The translations under genes and the position numbers were made by a program. From Eledone cirrhosa (Eukaryota), in NCBI GenBank assembly GCA_964016885.1, contig OZ024744.1, positions 119,908,001 to 119,972,000 on the forward strand: DNA of 64,000 nt. The letters run 5' to 3'. Shown here one piece after another: positions 25,481-40,400 of the stretch (position 1 is its first letter; the number at the start of each line of letters is the position of its first letter). Under the pieces are notes generated by a model that had not been told where the DNA came from, ran no database searches, and saw only the letters and a program-made list of their open reading frames with translations.

Positions 25481-28400
25481 GACATTCTAACCACATGTCA
25501 TAGTATCGGAGCTGCGATCTCTCAATTCAGAGATTCTTTCCTGACACATTCTAACCACATGTCATAGTATCAGAGCTGTGATATCTCAATTCAGAGTTTC
25601 TTTCCTGACACATTCTAGCCACATGTCATAGTATCAGAGCTGTGATCTCTCAATTTAGATACTCTTTCCTGAGATATTCTAACCACATGTCATAGTATTA
25701 GAGCTGTGATCCCTCAATTCAGAGATTCTTTCCTGAGACATTCTAACCACATGTCTGTAGTATCAGAGCTGTATGCTCTCAATTCAGAGATTCTTTCCTG
25801 AGACATTCTAACCACATGTCATAGTATCGGAACTGTGATCTCTCAATTCAGAGATTCTTTCCTGAGATATTCTAACCACATGTCATAGTATCAGAGCTGT
25901 GATATCTCAATTCAGAGATTCTTTCCTGAGATATTCTAACCACATGTAATAGTATTAGATCTGTGATCTCTCAATTTAGAGATTCTTTCCTCAGATATTC
26001 TAACCACATACCATAGTATTAGAGATGTGATCTCTCAATTCAGAGATTCTTTCCTGAGACATTCTAACCACATGTCATAGTATCTGAGCTGTTATCTCTC
26101 AATTCAGAGATTCTTTCCTGAGACATTCTAACCACATGGCATAGTATCAGAGCTGTGATATCTCAATTCAGAGATTCTTTCCTGAGATATTCTAACCACA
26201 TGTCATAGTATCAGAGCTGTGATCTCTCAATTCAGATATTCTTTCCTGAGACATTCTAACCACATGTCATAGGATCAGATTTGTGATCTCTCAATTCAGA
26301 GATTCTTTCCTGAGATATTCTAACCACATGTCATAGTATCAGAGCTGTGACCTCTCAATTCAGAGATTCTTTCCTGAGACATTCTAACCACATGTCTGTA
26401 GTATCAGAGCTGTATGCTCTCAATTCAGAGATTCTTTCCTGAGACATTCTAACCACATGTCATAATATCAGAGCTGTTATCTCTCAATTCAGAGATTCTT
26501 TCCTGAGACCTACTAACCACATGGCATAGTATCAGAGCTGTGATATCTCAATTCAGAGATTCTTTCCTGAGATATTCTAACCACATGTCATAGTATCAGA
26601 GCTGTGATCTCTCAATTCAGATATTCTTTCCTGAGACATTCTAACCACATGTCATAGGATCAGAGTTGTGATCCCTCAATTCAGAGATTCTTTCCTGAGA
26701 TATTCTAACCACATGTCATAGTATCAGAGCTGTGATATCTCAATTCAGAGATTCTTTCCTGACACGTTCTAACCACATGTCATAGTATCAGAGCTGTGAT
26801 CTCTCAATTCAGAGATTCTTTCCTGAGATATTCTAATCACATGTCATAGTATTAGAGCTGTGATCCCTCAATTCAGAGATTCTTTCCTGAGACATTCTAA
26901 CCACATGTCTGTAGTATCAGAGCTGTATGCTCTCAATTCAGAGATTCTTTCCTGAGACATTCTAACCACATGTCATAGTATCGGAGCTGTGATCTCTCAA
27001 TTCAGAGATTCTTTCCTGAGATATTCTAACCACATGTCATAGTATCAGAGCTGTGATATCTCAATTCAGAGATTCTTTCCTGAGATATTCTAACCACATG
27101 TCATAGTTACAGAGCTGTGATCTCTCTATTCAGAGATTCTTTCTTGAGACATTCTAACTCCATGTCCACAGTATCAGAGCTGTGATCTCTCAATTTAGAG
27201 ATTCTTTCCTGAGATATTCTAATTACATGTCATAGTATCAGAGCTGTGATCTCTCAATTTAGAAGTTCTTTCAAGAGATATTCTAACCACATGTCATAGT
27301 ATCAGAGCTGTGATCTCTCAATTCAGAGATTCTTTCCTGAGACATTCTAACCACATGTAATAGTATTAGATCTGTGATCTCTCAATTTAGAGATTCTTTC
27401 CTGAGACATTCTAAGTCCATGTCCACATTATCAGAGCTGTGATCTCTCAATTTAGAGATTCTTTCCTGAGATATTCTAACCACATGCCATAGTATTAGAG
27501 ATGTGATCTCTCAATTCAGAGATTCTTTCCTGAGACATTCTAACCACATGTCATAGTATCTGAGCTGTTATCTCTCAATTCAGAGATTCTTTCCTGAGAC
27601 ATTCTAACCACATGGCATAGTATCAGAGCTGTGATATCTCAATTCAGAGATTCTTTCCTGAGACATTCTAACCCCATGGCATAGTATCAGAGCTGAGATC
27701 TCTCAATTCAGATATTCTTTCCTGAGACATTCTAACCACATGTCATAGGATCAGACTTGTGATCTCTCAATTCAGAGATTCTTTCCTGAGACATTCTAAC
27801 CACATGTCTGTAGTATCAGAGCTGTATGCTCTCAATTCAGAGATTCTTTCCTGAGACATTCTAACCACATGTCATAATATCAGAGCTGTTATCTCTCAAT
27901 TCAGAGATTCTTTCCTGAGACATTCTAACCACATGGCATAGTATCAGAGCTGTGATATCTCAATTCAGAGATTCTTTCCTGAGATATTCTAACCACATGT
28001 CATAGTATCAGAGCTGTGATCTCTCAATTCAGATATTCTTTCCTGAGACATTCTAACCACATGTCATAGGATCAGAGTTGTGATCTCTCAATTCAGAGAT
28101 TCTTTCCTGAGATATTCTAACCACATGTCATAGTATTAGAGCTGTGATCTCTCAATTCCGAGATTCTTTCCTGAGACATTCTAACCACATGTCTGTAGTA
28201 TCAGAGCTGTATGCTCTCAATTCAGAGATTCTTTCCAGAGACATTCTAACCACATGTCATAGTATCGGAGCTGTGATCTCTCAATTCAGAGATTCTTTCC
28301 TGAGACATTCTAACCACATGACATAGTATCAGAGCTGTGATATCTCAATTTAGATATTCTTTCGTGAGATATTCTAACCACATGTCATAGTATCTGAGCT

Positions 28401-31400
28401 GTTATCTCTCAATTCAGAGATTCTTTCCTGAGACATTCTAACCACATGGCATAGTATCAGAGCTGTGATATCTCAATTCAGATATTCTTTCCTGAGACAT
28501 TCTAACCCCATGGCATAGTATCAGAGCTGAGATCTCTCAATTCAGATATTCTTTCCTGAGACATTCTAACCACATGTCATAGGATCAGACTTGTGATCTC
28601 TCAATTCAGAGATTCTTTCCTGAGACATTCTAACCACATGTCTGTAGTATCAGAGCTGTATGCTCTCAATTCAGAGATTCTTTCCTGAGACATTCTAACC
28701 ACATGTCATAATATCAGAGCTGTTATCTCTCAATTCAGAGATTCTTTCCTGAGACATTCTAACCACATGGCATAGTATCAGAGCTGTGATATCTCAATTC
28801 AGAGATTCTTTCCTGAGATATTCTAACCACATGTCATAGTATCAGAGCTGTGATCTCTCAATTCAGATATTCTTTCCTGAGACATTCTAACCACATGTCA
28901 TAGGATCAGAGTTGTGATCTCTCAATTCAGAGATTCTTTCCTGAGATATTCTAACCACATGTCATAGTATTAGAGCTGTGATCTCTCAATTCCGAGATTC
29001 TTTCCTGAGACATTCTAACCACATGTCTGTAGTATCAGAGCTGTATGCTCTCAATTCAGAGATTCTTTCCAGAGACATTCTAACCACATGTCATAGTATC
29101 GGAGCTGTGATCTCTCAATTCAGAGATTCTTTCCTGAGACATTCTAACCACATGACATAGTATCAGAGCTGTGATATCTCAATTTAGATATTCTTTCGTG
29201 AGATATTCTAACCACATGTCATATTATTAGAGCTGTGATCTCTCAATTCAGAGATTCTTTCCTGAGACTTTCTAACCACATGTCTGTAGTATCAGAGCTG
29301 TATGCTCTCAATTCAGAGATTCTTTCCTGAGACATTCTAACCACATGTCATAGTATCGGAGCTGTGATCTCTCAATTCAGAGATTCTTTCCTGAGATATT
29401 CTAACCACATGTCATAGTATCAGAGCTGTGATATCTCAATTCAGAGATTCTTTCCTGAGATATTCTAACCACATGTCATAGTTACAGAGCTGTGATCTCT
29501 CTATTCAGAGATTCTTTCTTGAGACATTCTAACTCCATGTCCACAGTATCAGAGCTGTGATCTCTCAATTTAGAGATTCTTTCCTGAGATATTCTAACTA
29601 CATGTCATAGTATCAGAGCTGTGATCTCTCAATTTAGAGATTCTTTCAAGAGACATTCTAACCACATGTCATAGTATCAGAGCTGTGATCTCTCAATTCA
29701 GAGATTCTTTCCTGAGACATTCTAACCACATGTAATAGTATTAGATCTGTGATCTCTCAATTTAGAGATTCTTTCCTGAGACATTCTAACTCCATGTCCA
29801 CAGTATCACATCTGTGATCTCTCAATTTAGAGATTCTTTCCTGAGATATTCTAACCACATGTCATAGTATTAGAGATGTGATCTCTCAATTCAGAGATTC
29901 TTTCCTGCGACATTCTAACCACATGTCATAGTACCTGAGCTGTTATTCTCTCAATTCAGAGATTCTTTCCTGAGACATTCTAACCACATGGCATAGTATC
30001 AGAGCTGTGACCTCTCAATTCAGAGATTCTTTCCTGAGACATTCTAACCACATGTCATAGGATCAGACTTGTGATCTCTCAATTCAGAGATTCTTTCCTG
30101 AGACATTCTAACCACATGTCTGTAGTATCAGAGCTGTATGCTCTCAATTCAGAGATTCTTTCCTGAGACATTCTAACCACATGTCATAATATCAGAGCTG
30201 TTATCTCTCAATTCAGAGATTCTTTCCTGAGACATTCTAACCACATGGCATAGTATCAGAGCTGTGATATCTCAATTCAGAGATTCTTTCCTGAGATATT
30301 CTAACCACATGTCATAGTATCAGAGCTGTGATCTCTCAATTCAGATATTCTTTCCTGAGACATTCTAACCACATGTCATAGGATCAGAGTTGTGATCTCT
30401 CAATTCAGAGATTCTTTCCTGAGATATTCTAACCACATGTCATAGTATTAGAGCTGTGATCTCTCAATTCCGAGATTCTTTCCTGAGACATTCTAACCAC
30501 ATGTCTGTAGTATCAGAGCTGTATGCTCTCAATTCAGAGATTCTTTCCAGAGACATTCTAACCACATGTCATAGTATCGGAGCTGTGATCTCTCAATTCA
30601 GAGATTCTTTCCTGAGACATTCTAACCACATGACATAGTATCAGAGCTGTGATATCTCAATTTAGATATTCTTTCGTGAGATATTCTAACCACATGTCAT
30701 AGTATCTGAGCTGTTATCTCTCAATTCAGAGATTCTTTCCTGAGACATTCTAACCACATGGCATAGTATCAGAGCTGTGATATCTCAATTCAGAGATTCT
30801 TTCCTGAGACATTCTAACCCCATGGCATAGTATCAGAGCTGAGATCTCTCAATTCAGATATTCTTTCCTGAGACATTCTAACCACATGTCATAGGATCAG
30901 ACTTGTGATCTCTCAATTCAGAGATTCTTTCCTGAGACATTCTAACCACATGTCTGTAGTATCAGAGCTGTATGCTCTCAATTCAGAGATTCTTTCCTGA
31001 GACATTCTAACCACATGTCATAATATCAGAGCTGTTATCTCTCAATTCAGAGATTCTTTCCTGAGACATTCTAACCACATGGCATAGTATCAGAGCTGTG
31101 ATATCTCAATTCAGAGATTCTTTCCTGAGATATTCTAACCACATGTCATAGTATCAGAGCTGTGATCTCTCAATTCAGATATTCTTTCCTGAGACATTCT
31201 AACCACATGTCATAGGATCAGAGTTGTGATCTCTCAATTCAGAGATTCTTTCCTGAGATATTCTAACCACATGTCATAGTATTAGAGCTGTGATCTCTCA
31301 ATTCCGAGATTCTTTCCTGAGACATTCTAACCACATGTCTGTAGTATCAGAGCTGTATGCTCTCAATTCAGAGATTCTTTCCAGAGACATTCTAACCACA

Positions 31401-34400
31401 TGTCATAGTATCGGAGCTGTGATCTCTCAATTCAGAGATTCTTTCCTGAGACATTCTAACCACATGACATAGTATCAGAGCTGTGATATCTCAATTTAGA
31501 TATTCTTTCGTGAGATATTCTAACCACATGTCATAGTATTAGAGCTGTGATCTCTCAATTCAGAGATTCTTTCCTGAGACTTTCTAACCACATGTCTGTA
31601 GTATCAGAGCTGTATGCTCTCAATTCAGAGATTCTTTCCTGAGACATTCTAACCACATGTCATAGTATCGGAGCTGTGATCTCTCAATTCAGAGATTCTT
31701 TCCTGAGATATTCTAACCACATGTCATAGTATCAGAGCTGTGATATCTCAATTCAGAGATTCTTTCCTGAGATATTCTAACCACATGTCATAGTTACAGA
31801 GCTGTGATCTCTCTATTCAGAGATTCTTTCTTGAGACATTCTAACTCCATGTCCACAGTATCAGAGCTGTGATCTCTCAATTTAGAGATTCTTTCCTGAG
31901 ATATTCTAACTACATGTCATAGTATCAGAGCTGTGATCTCTCAATTTAGAGATTCTTTCAAGAGACATTCTAACCACATGTCATAGTATCAGAGCTGTGA
32001 TCTCTCAATTCAGAGATTCTTTCCTGAGACATTCTAACCACATGTAATAGTATTAGATCTGTGATCTCTCAATTTAGAGATTCTTTCCTGAGACATTCTA
32101 ACTCCATGTCCACAGTATCACATCTGTGATCTCTCAATTTAGAGATTCTTTCCTGAGATATTCTAACCACATGTCATAGTATTAGAGATGTGATCTCTCA
32201 ATTCAGAGATTCTTTCCTGCGACATTCTAACCACATGTCATAGTACCTGAGCTGTTATTCTCTCAATTCAGAGATTCTTTCCTGAGACATTCTAACCACA
32301 TGGCATAGTATCAGAGCTGTGACCTCTCAATTCAGAGATTCTTTCCTGAGACATTCTAACCACATGTCTGTAGTATCAGAGCTGTGATCTCTCAATTCAG
32401 AGATTCTTTCCTGAGACATTCTAACCACTTGTCTGTAGTATCAGAGCTGTGATCTCTGAATTCAGATATTCTTTCCTGAGACATTCTAACCACATGTCAT
32501 AGGATCAGAGTTGTGATCTCTCAATTCAGAGATTCTTTCCTGAGATATTCTAACCACATGTCATAGTATCAGAGCTGTGATCTCCCAATTCAGAGATTCT
32601 TTCCTGGGATATTCTAACCACATGTCATAGTATCAGAGCTGTGATCTCTCAATTCAGATATTCTTTGCTGAGACATTAAAGCCACATGTCATAGGATCAG
32701 AGTTGTGATCTCTCAATTCAGAGATTCTTTCCTGAGATATTGTAAACACATGTCATATTATCAGAGCTGTGATCTCTCAATTCAGAGATTCTTTCATGGG
32801 ATATAGAATATATCATATGTCATATTATCAGAGCTGTGATCTCTCAATTCAGATATTCTTTCCTGAGACATTCTAACCACATGTCATATTATCAGAGTTG
32901 TGATCTCTCAATTCAGTGATTCTTTCCTGAGATATTCTAACCAAATGTCATAGTATCAGATCTGTGATATCTCAATTCAGAGATTCTTTCCTGAGACATT
33001 CTTACCACATGTCATAGTATCAGAGCTGTGATCTCTCAATTCAGAGATTCTTTCCTGAGACATTCTAAGCTCGTCATAGTATCAGAGCTGTGATATCTCA
33101 ATTCAGAGATTCTTTCCTGAGATATTCTAACCATATGTCATATTATTAGAGCTGTGATCTCTCAATTCAGAGATTCTTCCCTGAGAAATTCTAACCACAT
33201 GTCTGTAGTATCAGAGCTGAATGCTCTCAATTCAGAGATTCTTTCCTGAGACATTCTAACCACATGTCATAGTATCGGAGCTGTGATCTCTCAATTCAGA
33301 GATTCTTTCCTGAGACATTCTAACCACATGTCATAGTATCAGAGCTGTGATCTCTCAATTCAGAGATTCTTTCCTGAGACATTCTAACCACATGTCATAG
33401 TATCAGAGCTGTGATATCTCAATTCAGAGATTCTTTCCAGACACATTCTAACCACATGTCATAGTATCAGAGCTGTGATCTCTCAATTTAGATATTCTTT
33501 CCTGAGATATTCTAACCACATGTCATAGTATTAGAGCTGTGATCTCTCAATTCAGAGATTCTTTCCTGAGACATTCTAACCACATGTCTGTAGTATCAGA
33601 GCTGTATGCTCTCAATTCAGAGATTCTTTCCTGAGACATTCTAACCACATGTCATAGTATCGGAGCTGTGATCTCTCAATTCAGAGATTCTTTCCTGAGA
33701 TATTCTAACCACATGTCATAGTATCAGAGCTGTGACCTCTCTATTCAGAGATTCTTTCTTGAAACATTCTAACTCCATGTCCACAGTATCAGAGCTGTGA
33801 TCTCTCAATTTAGAGATTCTTTCCTGAGATATTCTAACTACATGTCATATTATCAGAGCTGTGATCTCTCAATTTAGAGATTCTTTCAAGAGATATTCTA
33901 ATCACATGTCATAGTATCAGAGCTGTGATCTCTCAATTCAGAGATTCTTTCCTGAGACATTCTAACGACATGTAATAGTATTAGATCTGTGATCTCTCAA
34001 TTTAGAGATTCTTTCCTGAGACATTCTAACTCCATGTCCACAGTATCAGAGCTGTGATCTCTATATTTAGAGATTCTTTCCTGTGATATTCTAACCACAT
34101 GTCATAGTATTAGAGATGTGATCTCTCAATTCAGAGATTCTTTCCTGAGACATTCCAACCCATGGCATAGTATCAGAGCTGTGATATCTCAATTCAGAGA
34201 TTCTTTCCTGTGATATTCTAACCACATGTCATAGTATCAGAGCTGTGATCTCTCAATTCAGATTTTCTTTCCTGAGACATTCTAACCACATGTCATAGGA
34301 TCAGAGTTGTGATCTCTCAATTCAGAGATTCTTTCCTGAGATATTCTAACCACATGTCATAGTATCAGTGCTGTGATCTCTCAATTCAGAGATTCTTTCA

Positions 34401-37400
34401 TGAGATATTCTAACCACATGTCATAGTATCAGAACTGTGACCTCTCAATTCAGAGATTCTTTCCTGAGACATTCTAACCACATGTCTGTAGTATCAGAGC
34501 TGTGTTCTCTCAATTCAGAGATTCTTTCCTGAGACATTCTAACCACATGTCTGTAGTATCTGAGCTGTTATCTCTCAATTCAGAGATTCTTTCCTGAGAT
34601 ATTCTAACCACATGTCATAGTATCAGAGCTGTGATCTCTCAATTCAGATATTCTTTCCTGGGATATAGAATATATCACATGTCATATTATCAGAGCTGTG
34701 ATCTCTCAATTCAGATATTCTTTCCTGAGACATTCTAACCACATGTCATAGTATCAGAGCTGTGATCTCTCTATTCAGAGATTCTTTCCTGAGACATTCT
34801 AACCACATGTAATAGTATTAGATCTGTGATCTCTCAATTTAGAGATTCTTTCCTGAGACATTCTAACTCCATGTCATAGTATCTGAGCTGTTATCTCTCA
34901 ATTCAGAGATTCTTTCCTGAGACATTCTAACCACATGTCATAGTATCAGAGCTGTGATCTCTCAATTTAGAGATTCTTTCCTGAGATATTCTAACCACAT
35001 GCCATAGTATTAGAGATGTGATCTCTCAATTCAGAGATTCTTTCCTGAGACATTCTAACCACATGTCATAGTATCTGAGCTGTTATCTCTCAATTCAGAG
35101 ATTCTTTCCTGAGACATTCTAACCACATGTCATAGTATCAGAGCTGTTATCTCTCAATTCAGAGATTCTTTCCTGAGACATTCTAACCACATGTAATAGT
35201 ATTAGATCTGTGATCTCTCAATTTAGAGATTCTTTCCTGAGATATTCTAACCACATGTCATAGTATCAGAGTTGTGATCTCTCAATTCAGAGATTCTTTC
35301 ATGGGATATAGAATATATCACATGTCATATTATCAGAGCTGTGATATCTCAATTCAGAGATTCTTTCATGGGATATAGAATATATCACATGTCATATTAT
35401 CAGAGCTGTGATCTCTCAATTCAGATATTCTTTCCTGAGATATTCTAACCACATGTCATATTATCAGAGTTGTGATCTCTCAATTCAGTGATTCTTTCAT
35501 GGGATATAGAATATATCACATGTCATATTATCAGAGCTGTGATCTCTCAATTCAGAGATTCTTTCATGGGATATAGAATATATCACATGTCATATTATCA
35601 GAGCTGTGATCTCTCAATTCAGATATTCTTCTCCTGAGATATTCTAACCACATGTCATATTATCAGAGTTGTGATCTCTCAATTCAGTGATTCTTTCCTG
35701 AGATATTCTAACCAAATGTCATAGTATCAGATCTGTGATATCTCAATTCAGAGATTCTTTCCTGAGACATTCTTACCACATGTCATAGTATCAGAGCTGT
35801 GATCTCTCAATTTAGATATTCTTTCCTGAGATATTATAACCACATGTCATAGTATCAGAGCTGTGATCTCTCAATTCAGAGATTCTTTCCTGAGACATTC
35901 TAAGCTCGTTATAGTATCAGAGCTGTGATATCTCAATTCAGAGATTCTTTCCTGAGACATTCTAACCACATGTCATAGTATCAGAGCTGTGATCTCTCAA
36001 TTTAGATATTCTTTCCTGAGATATTCTAACCACATGTCATAGTATTTGAGCTGTGATCTTTGAATTCAGAGATTCTTCCCTGAGACATTCTAATCACATG
36101 TCTGTAGTATCAGAGCTGTATGCTCTCAATTCAGAGATTCTTTCCAGAGACATTCTAACCACATGTCATAGTATCGGAGCTGCGATCTCTCAATTCAGAG
36201 ATTCTTTCCTGACACATTCTAACCACATGTCATAGTATCAGAGCTGTGATATCTCAATTCAGAGTTTCTTTCCTGACACATTCTAGCCACATGTCATAGT
36301 ATCAGAGCTGTGATCTCTCAATTTAGATACTCTTTCCTGAGATATTCTAACCACATGTCATAGTATTAGAGCTGTGATCCCTCAATTCAGAGATTCTTTC
36401 CTGAGACATTCTAACCACATGTCTGTAGTATCAGAGCTGTATGCTCTCAATTCAGAGATTCTTTCCTGAGACATTCTAACCACATGTCATAGTATCGGAA
36501 CTGTGATCTCTCAATTCAGAGATTCTTTCCTGAGATATTCTAACCACATGTCATAGTATCAGAGCTGTAATATCTCAATTCAGAGATTCTTTCCTGAGAT
36601 ATTCTAACCACATGTAATAGTATTAGATCTGTGATCTCTCAATTTAGAGATTCTTTCCTGAGATATTCTAACCACATACCATAGTATTAGAGATGTGATC
36701 TCTCAATTCAGAGATTCTTTCCTGAGACATTCTAACCACATGTCATAGTATCTGAGCTGTTATCTCTCAATTCAGAGATTCTTTCCTGAGACATTCTAAC
36801 CACATGGCATAGTATCAGAGCTGTGATATCTCAATTCAGAGATTCTTTCCTGAGATATTCTAACCACATGTCATAGTATCAGAGCTGTGATCTCTCAATT
36901 CAGATATTCTTTCCTGAGACATTCTAACCACATGTCATAGGATCAGATTTGTGATCTCTCAATTCAGAGATTCTTTCCTGAGATATTCTAACCACATGTC
37001 ATAGTATCAGAGCTGTGACCTCTCAATTCAGAGATTCTTTCCTGAGACATTCTAACCACATGTCTGTAGTATCAGAGCTGTATGCTCTCAATTCAGAGAT
37101 TCTTTCCTGAGACATTCTAACCACATGTCATAATATCAGAGCTGTTATCTCTCAATTCAGAGATTCTTTCCTGAGACCTACTAACCACATGGCATAGTAT
37201 CAGAGCTGTGATATCTCAATTCAGAGATTCTTTCCTGAGATATTCTAACCACATGTCATAGTATCAGAGCTGTGATCTCTCAATTCAGATATTCTTTCCT
37301 GAGACATTCTAACCACATGTCATAGGATCAGAGTTGTGATCCCTCAATCCAGAGATTCTTTCCTGAGATATTCTAACCACATGTCATAGTATCAGAGCTG

Positions 37401-40400
37401 TGATATCTCAATTCAGAGATTCTTTCCTGACACGTTCTAACCACATGTCATATTATCAGAGCTGTGATCTCTCAATTCAGAGATTCTTTCCTGAGATATT
37501 CTAATCACATGTCATAGTATTAGAGCTGTGATCCCTCAATTCAGAGATTCTTTCCTGAGACATTCTAACCACATGTCTGTAGTATCAGAGCTGTATGCTC
37601 TCAATTCAGAGATTCTTTCCTGAGACATTCTAACCACATGTCATAGTATCGGAGCTGTGATCTCTCAATTCAGAGATTCTTTCCTGAGATATTCTAACCA
37701 CATGTCATAGTATCAGAGCTGTGATATCTCAATTCAGAGATTCTTTCCTGAGATATTCTAACCACATGTCATAGTTACAGAGCTGTGATCTCTCTATTCA
37801 GAGATTCTTTCTTGAGACATTCTAACTCCATGTCCACAGTATCAGAGCTGTGATCTCTCAATTTAGAGATTCTTTCCTGAGATATTCTAATTACATGTCA
37901 TAGTATCAGAGCTGTGATCTCTCAATTTAGAAGTTCTTTCAAGAGATATTCTAACCACATGTCATAATATCAGAGCTGTGATCTCTCAATTCAGAGATTC
38001 TTTCCTGAGACATTCTAACCACATGTAATAGTATTAGATCTGTGATCTCTCAATTTAGAGATTCTTTCCTGAGACATTCTAAGTCCATGTCCACATTATC
38101 AGAGCTGTGATCTCTCAATTTAGAGATTCTTTCCTGAGATATTCTAACCACATGCCATAGTATTAGAGATGGGATCTCTCAATTCAGAGATTCTTTCCTG
38201 AGACATTCTAACCACATGTCATAGTATCTGAGCTGTTATCTCTCAATTCAGAGATTCTTTCCTGAGACATTCTAACCACATGGCATAGTATCAGAGCTGT
38301 GATATCTCAATTCAGAGATTCTTTCCTGAGACATTCTAACCCCATGGCATAGTATCAGAGCTGAGATCTCTCAATTCAGATATTCTTTCCTGAGACATTC
38401 TAACCACATGTCATAGGATCAGACTTGTGATCTCTCAATTCAGAGATTCTTTCCTGAGACATTCTAACCACATGTCTGTAGTATCAGAGCTGTATGCTCT
38501 CAATTCAGAGATTCTTTCCTGAGACATTCTAACCACATGTCATAATATCAGAGCTGTTATCTCTCAATTCAGAGATTCTTTCCTGAGACATTCTAACCAC
38601 ATGGCATAGTATCAGAGCTGTGATATCTCAATTCAGAGATTCTTTCCTGAGATATTCTAACCACATGTCATAGTATCAGAGCTGTGATCTCTCAATTCAG
38701 ATATTCTTTCCTGAGACATTCTAACCACATGTCATAGGATCAGAGTTGTGATCTCTCAATTCAGAGATTCTTTCCTGAGATATTCTAACCACATGTCATA
38801 GTATTAGAGCTGTGATCTCTCAATTCCGAGATTCTTTCCTGAGACATTCTAACCACATGTCTGTAGTATCAGAGCTGTATGCTCTCAATTCAGAGATTCT
38901 TTCCAGAGACATTCTAACCACATGTCATAGTATCGGAGCTGTGATCTCTCAATTCAGAGATTCTTTCCTGAGACATTCTAACCACATGACATAGTATCAG
39001 AGCTGTGATATCTCAATTTAGATATTCTTTCGTGAGATATTCTAACCACATGTCATAGTATTAGAGCTGTGATCTCTCAATTCAGAGATTCTTTCCTGAG
39101 ACTTTCTAACCACATGTCTGTAGTATCAGAGCTGTATGCTCTCAATTCAGAGATTCTTTCCTGAGACATTCTAACCACATGTCATAGTATCGGAGCTGTG
39201 ATCTCTCAATTCAGAGATTCTTTCCTGAGATATTCTAACCACATGTCATAGTATCAGAGCTGTGATATCTCAATTCAGAGATTCTTTCCTGAGATATTCT
39301 AACCACATGTCATAGTTACAGAGCTGTGATCTCTCTATTCAGAGATTCTTTCTTGAGACATTCTAACTCCATGTCCACAGTATCAGAGCTGTGATCTCTC
39401 AATTTAGAGATTCTTTCCTGAGATATTCTAACTACATGTCATAGTATCAGAGCTGTGATCTCTCAATTTAGAGATTCTTTCAAGAGACATTCTAACCACA
39501 TGTCATAGTATCAGAGCTGTGATCTCTCAATTCAGAGATTCTTTCCTGAGACATTCTAACCACATGTAATAGTATTAGATCTGTGATCTCTCAATTTAGA
39601 GATTCTTTCCTGAGACATTCTAACTCCATGTCCACAGTATCACATCTGTGATCTCTCAATTTAGAGATTCTTTCCTGAGATATTCTAACCACATGTCATA
39701 GTATTAGAGATGTGATCTCTCAATTCAGAGATTCTTTCCTGCGACATTCTAACCACATGTCATAGTACCTGAGCTGTTATTCTCTCAATTCAGAGATTCT
39801 TTCCTGAGACATTCTAACCACATGGCATAGTATCAGAGCTGTGACCTCTCAATTCAGAGATTCTTTCCTGAGACATTCTAACCACATGTCTGTAGTATCA
39901 GAGCTGTGATCTCTCAATTCAGAGATTCTTTCCTGAGACATTCTAACCACTTGTCTGTAGTATCAGAGCTGTGATCTCTGAATTCAGATATTCTTTCCTG
40001 AGACATTCTAACCACATGTCATAGGATCAGAGTTGTGATCTCTCAATTCAGAGATTCTTTCCTGAGATATTCTAACCACATGTCATAGTATCAGAGCTGT
40101 GATCTCCCAATTCAGAGATTCTTTCCTGGGATATTCTAACCACATGTCATAGTATCAGAGCTGTGATCTCTCAATTCAGATATTCTTTGCTGAGACATTA
40201 AAGCCACATGTCATAGGATCAGAGTTGTGATCTCTCAATTCAGAGATTCTTTCCTGAGATATTGTAAACACATGTCATATTATCAGAGCTGTGATCTCTC
40301 AATTCAGAGATTCTTTCATGGGATATAGAATATATCATATGTCATATTATCAGAGCTGTGATCTCTCAATTCAGATATTCTTTCCTGAGACATTCTAACC

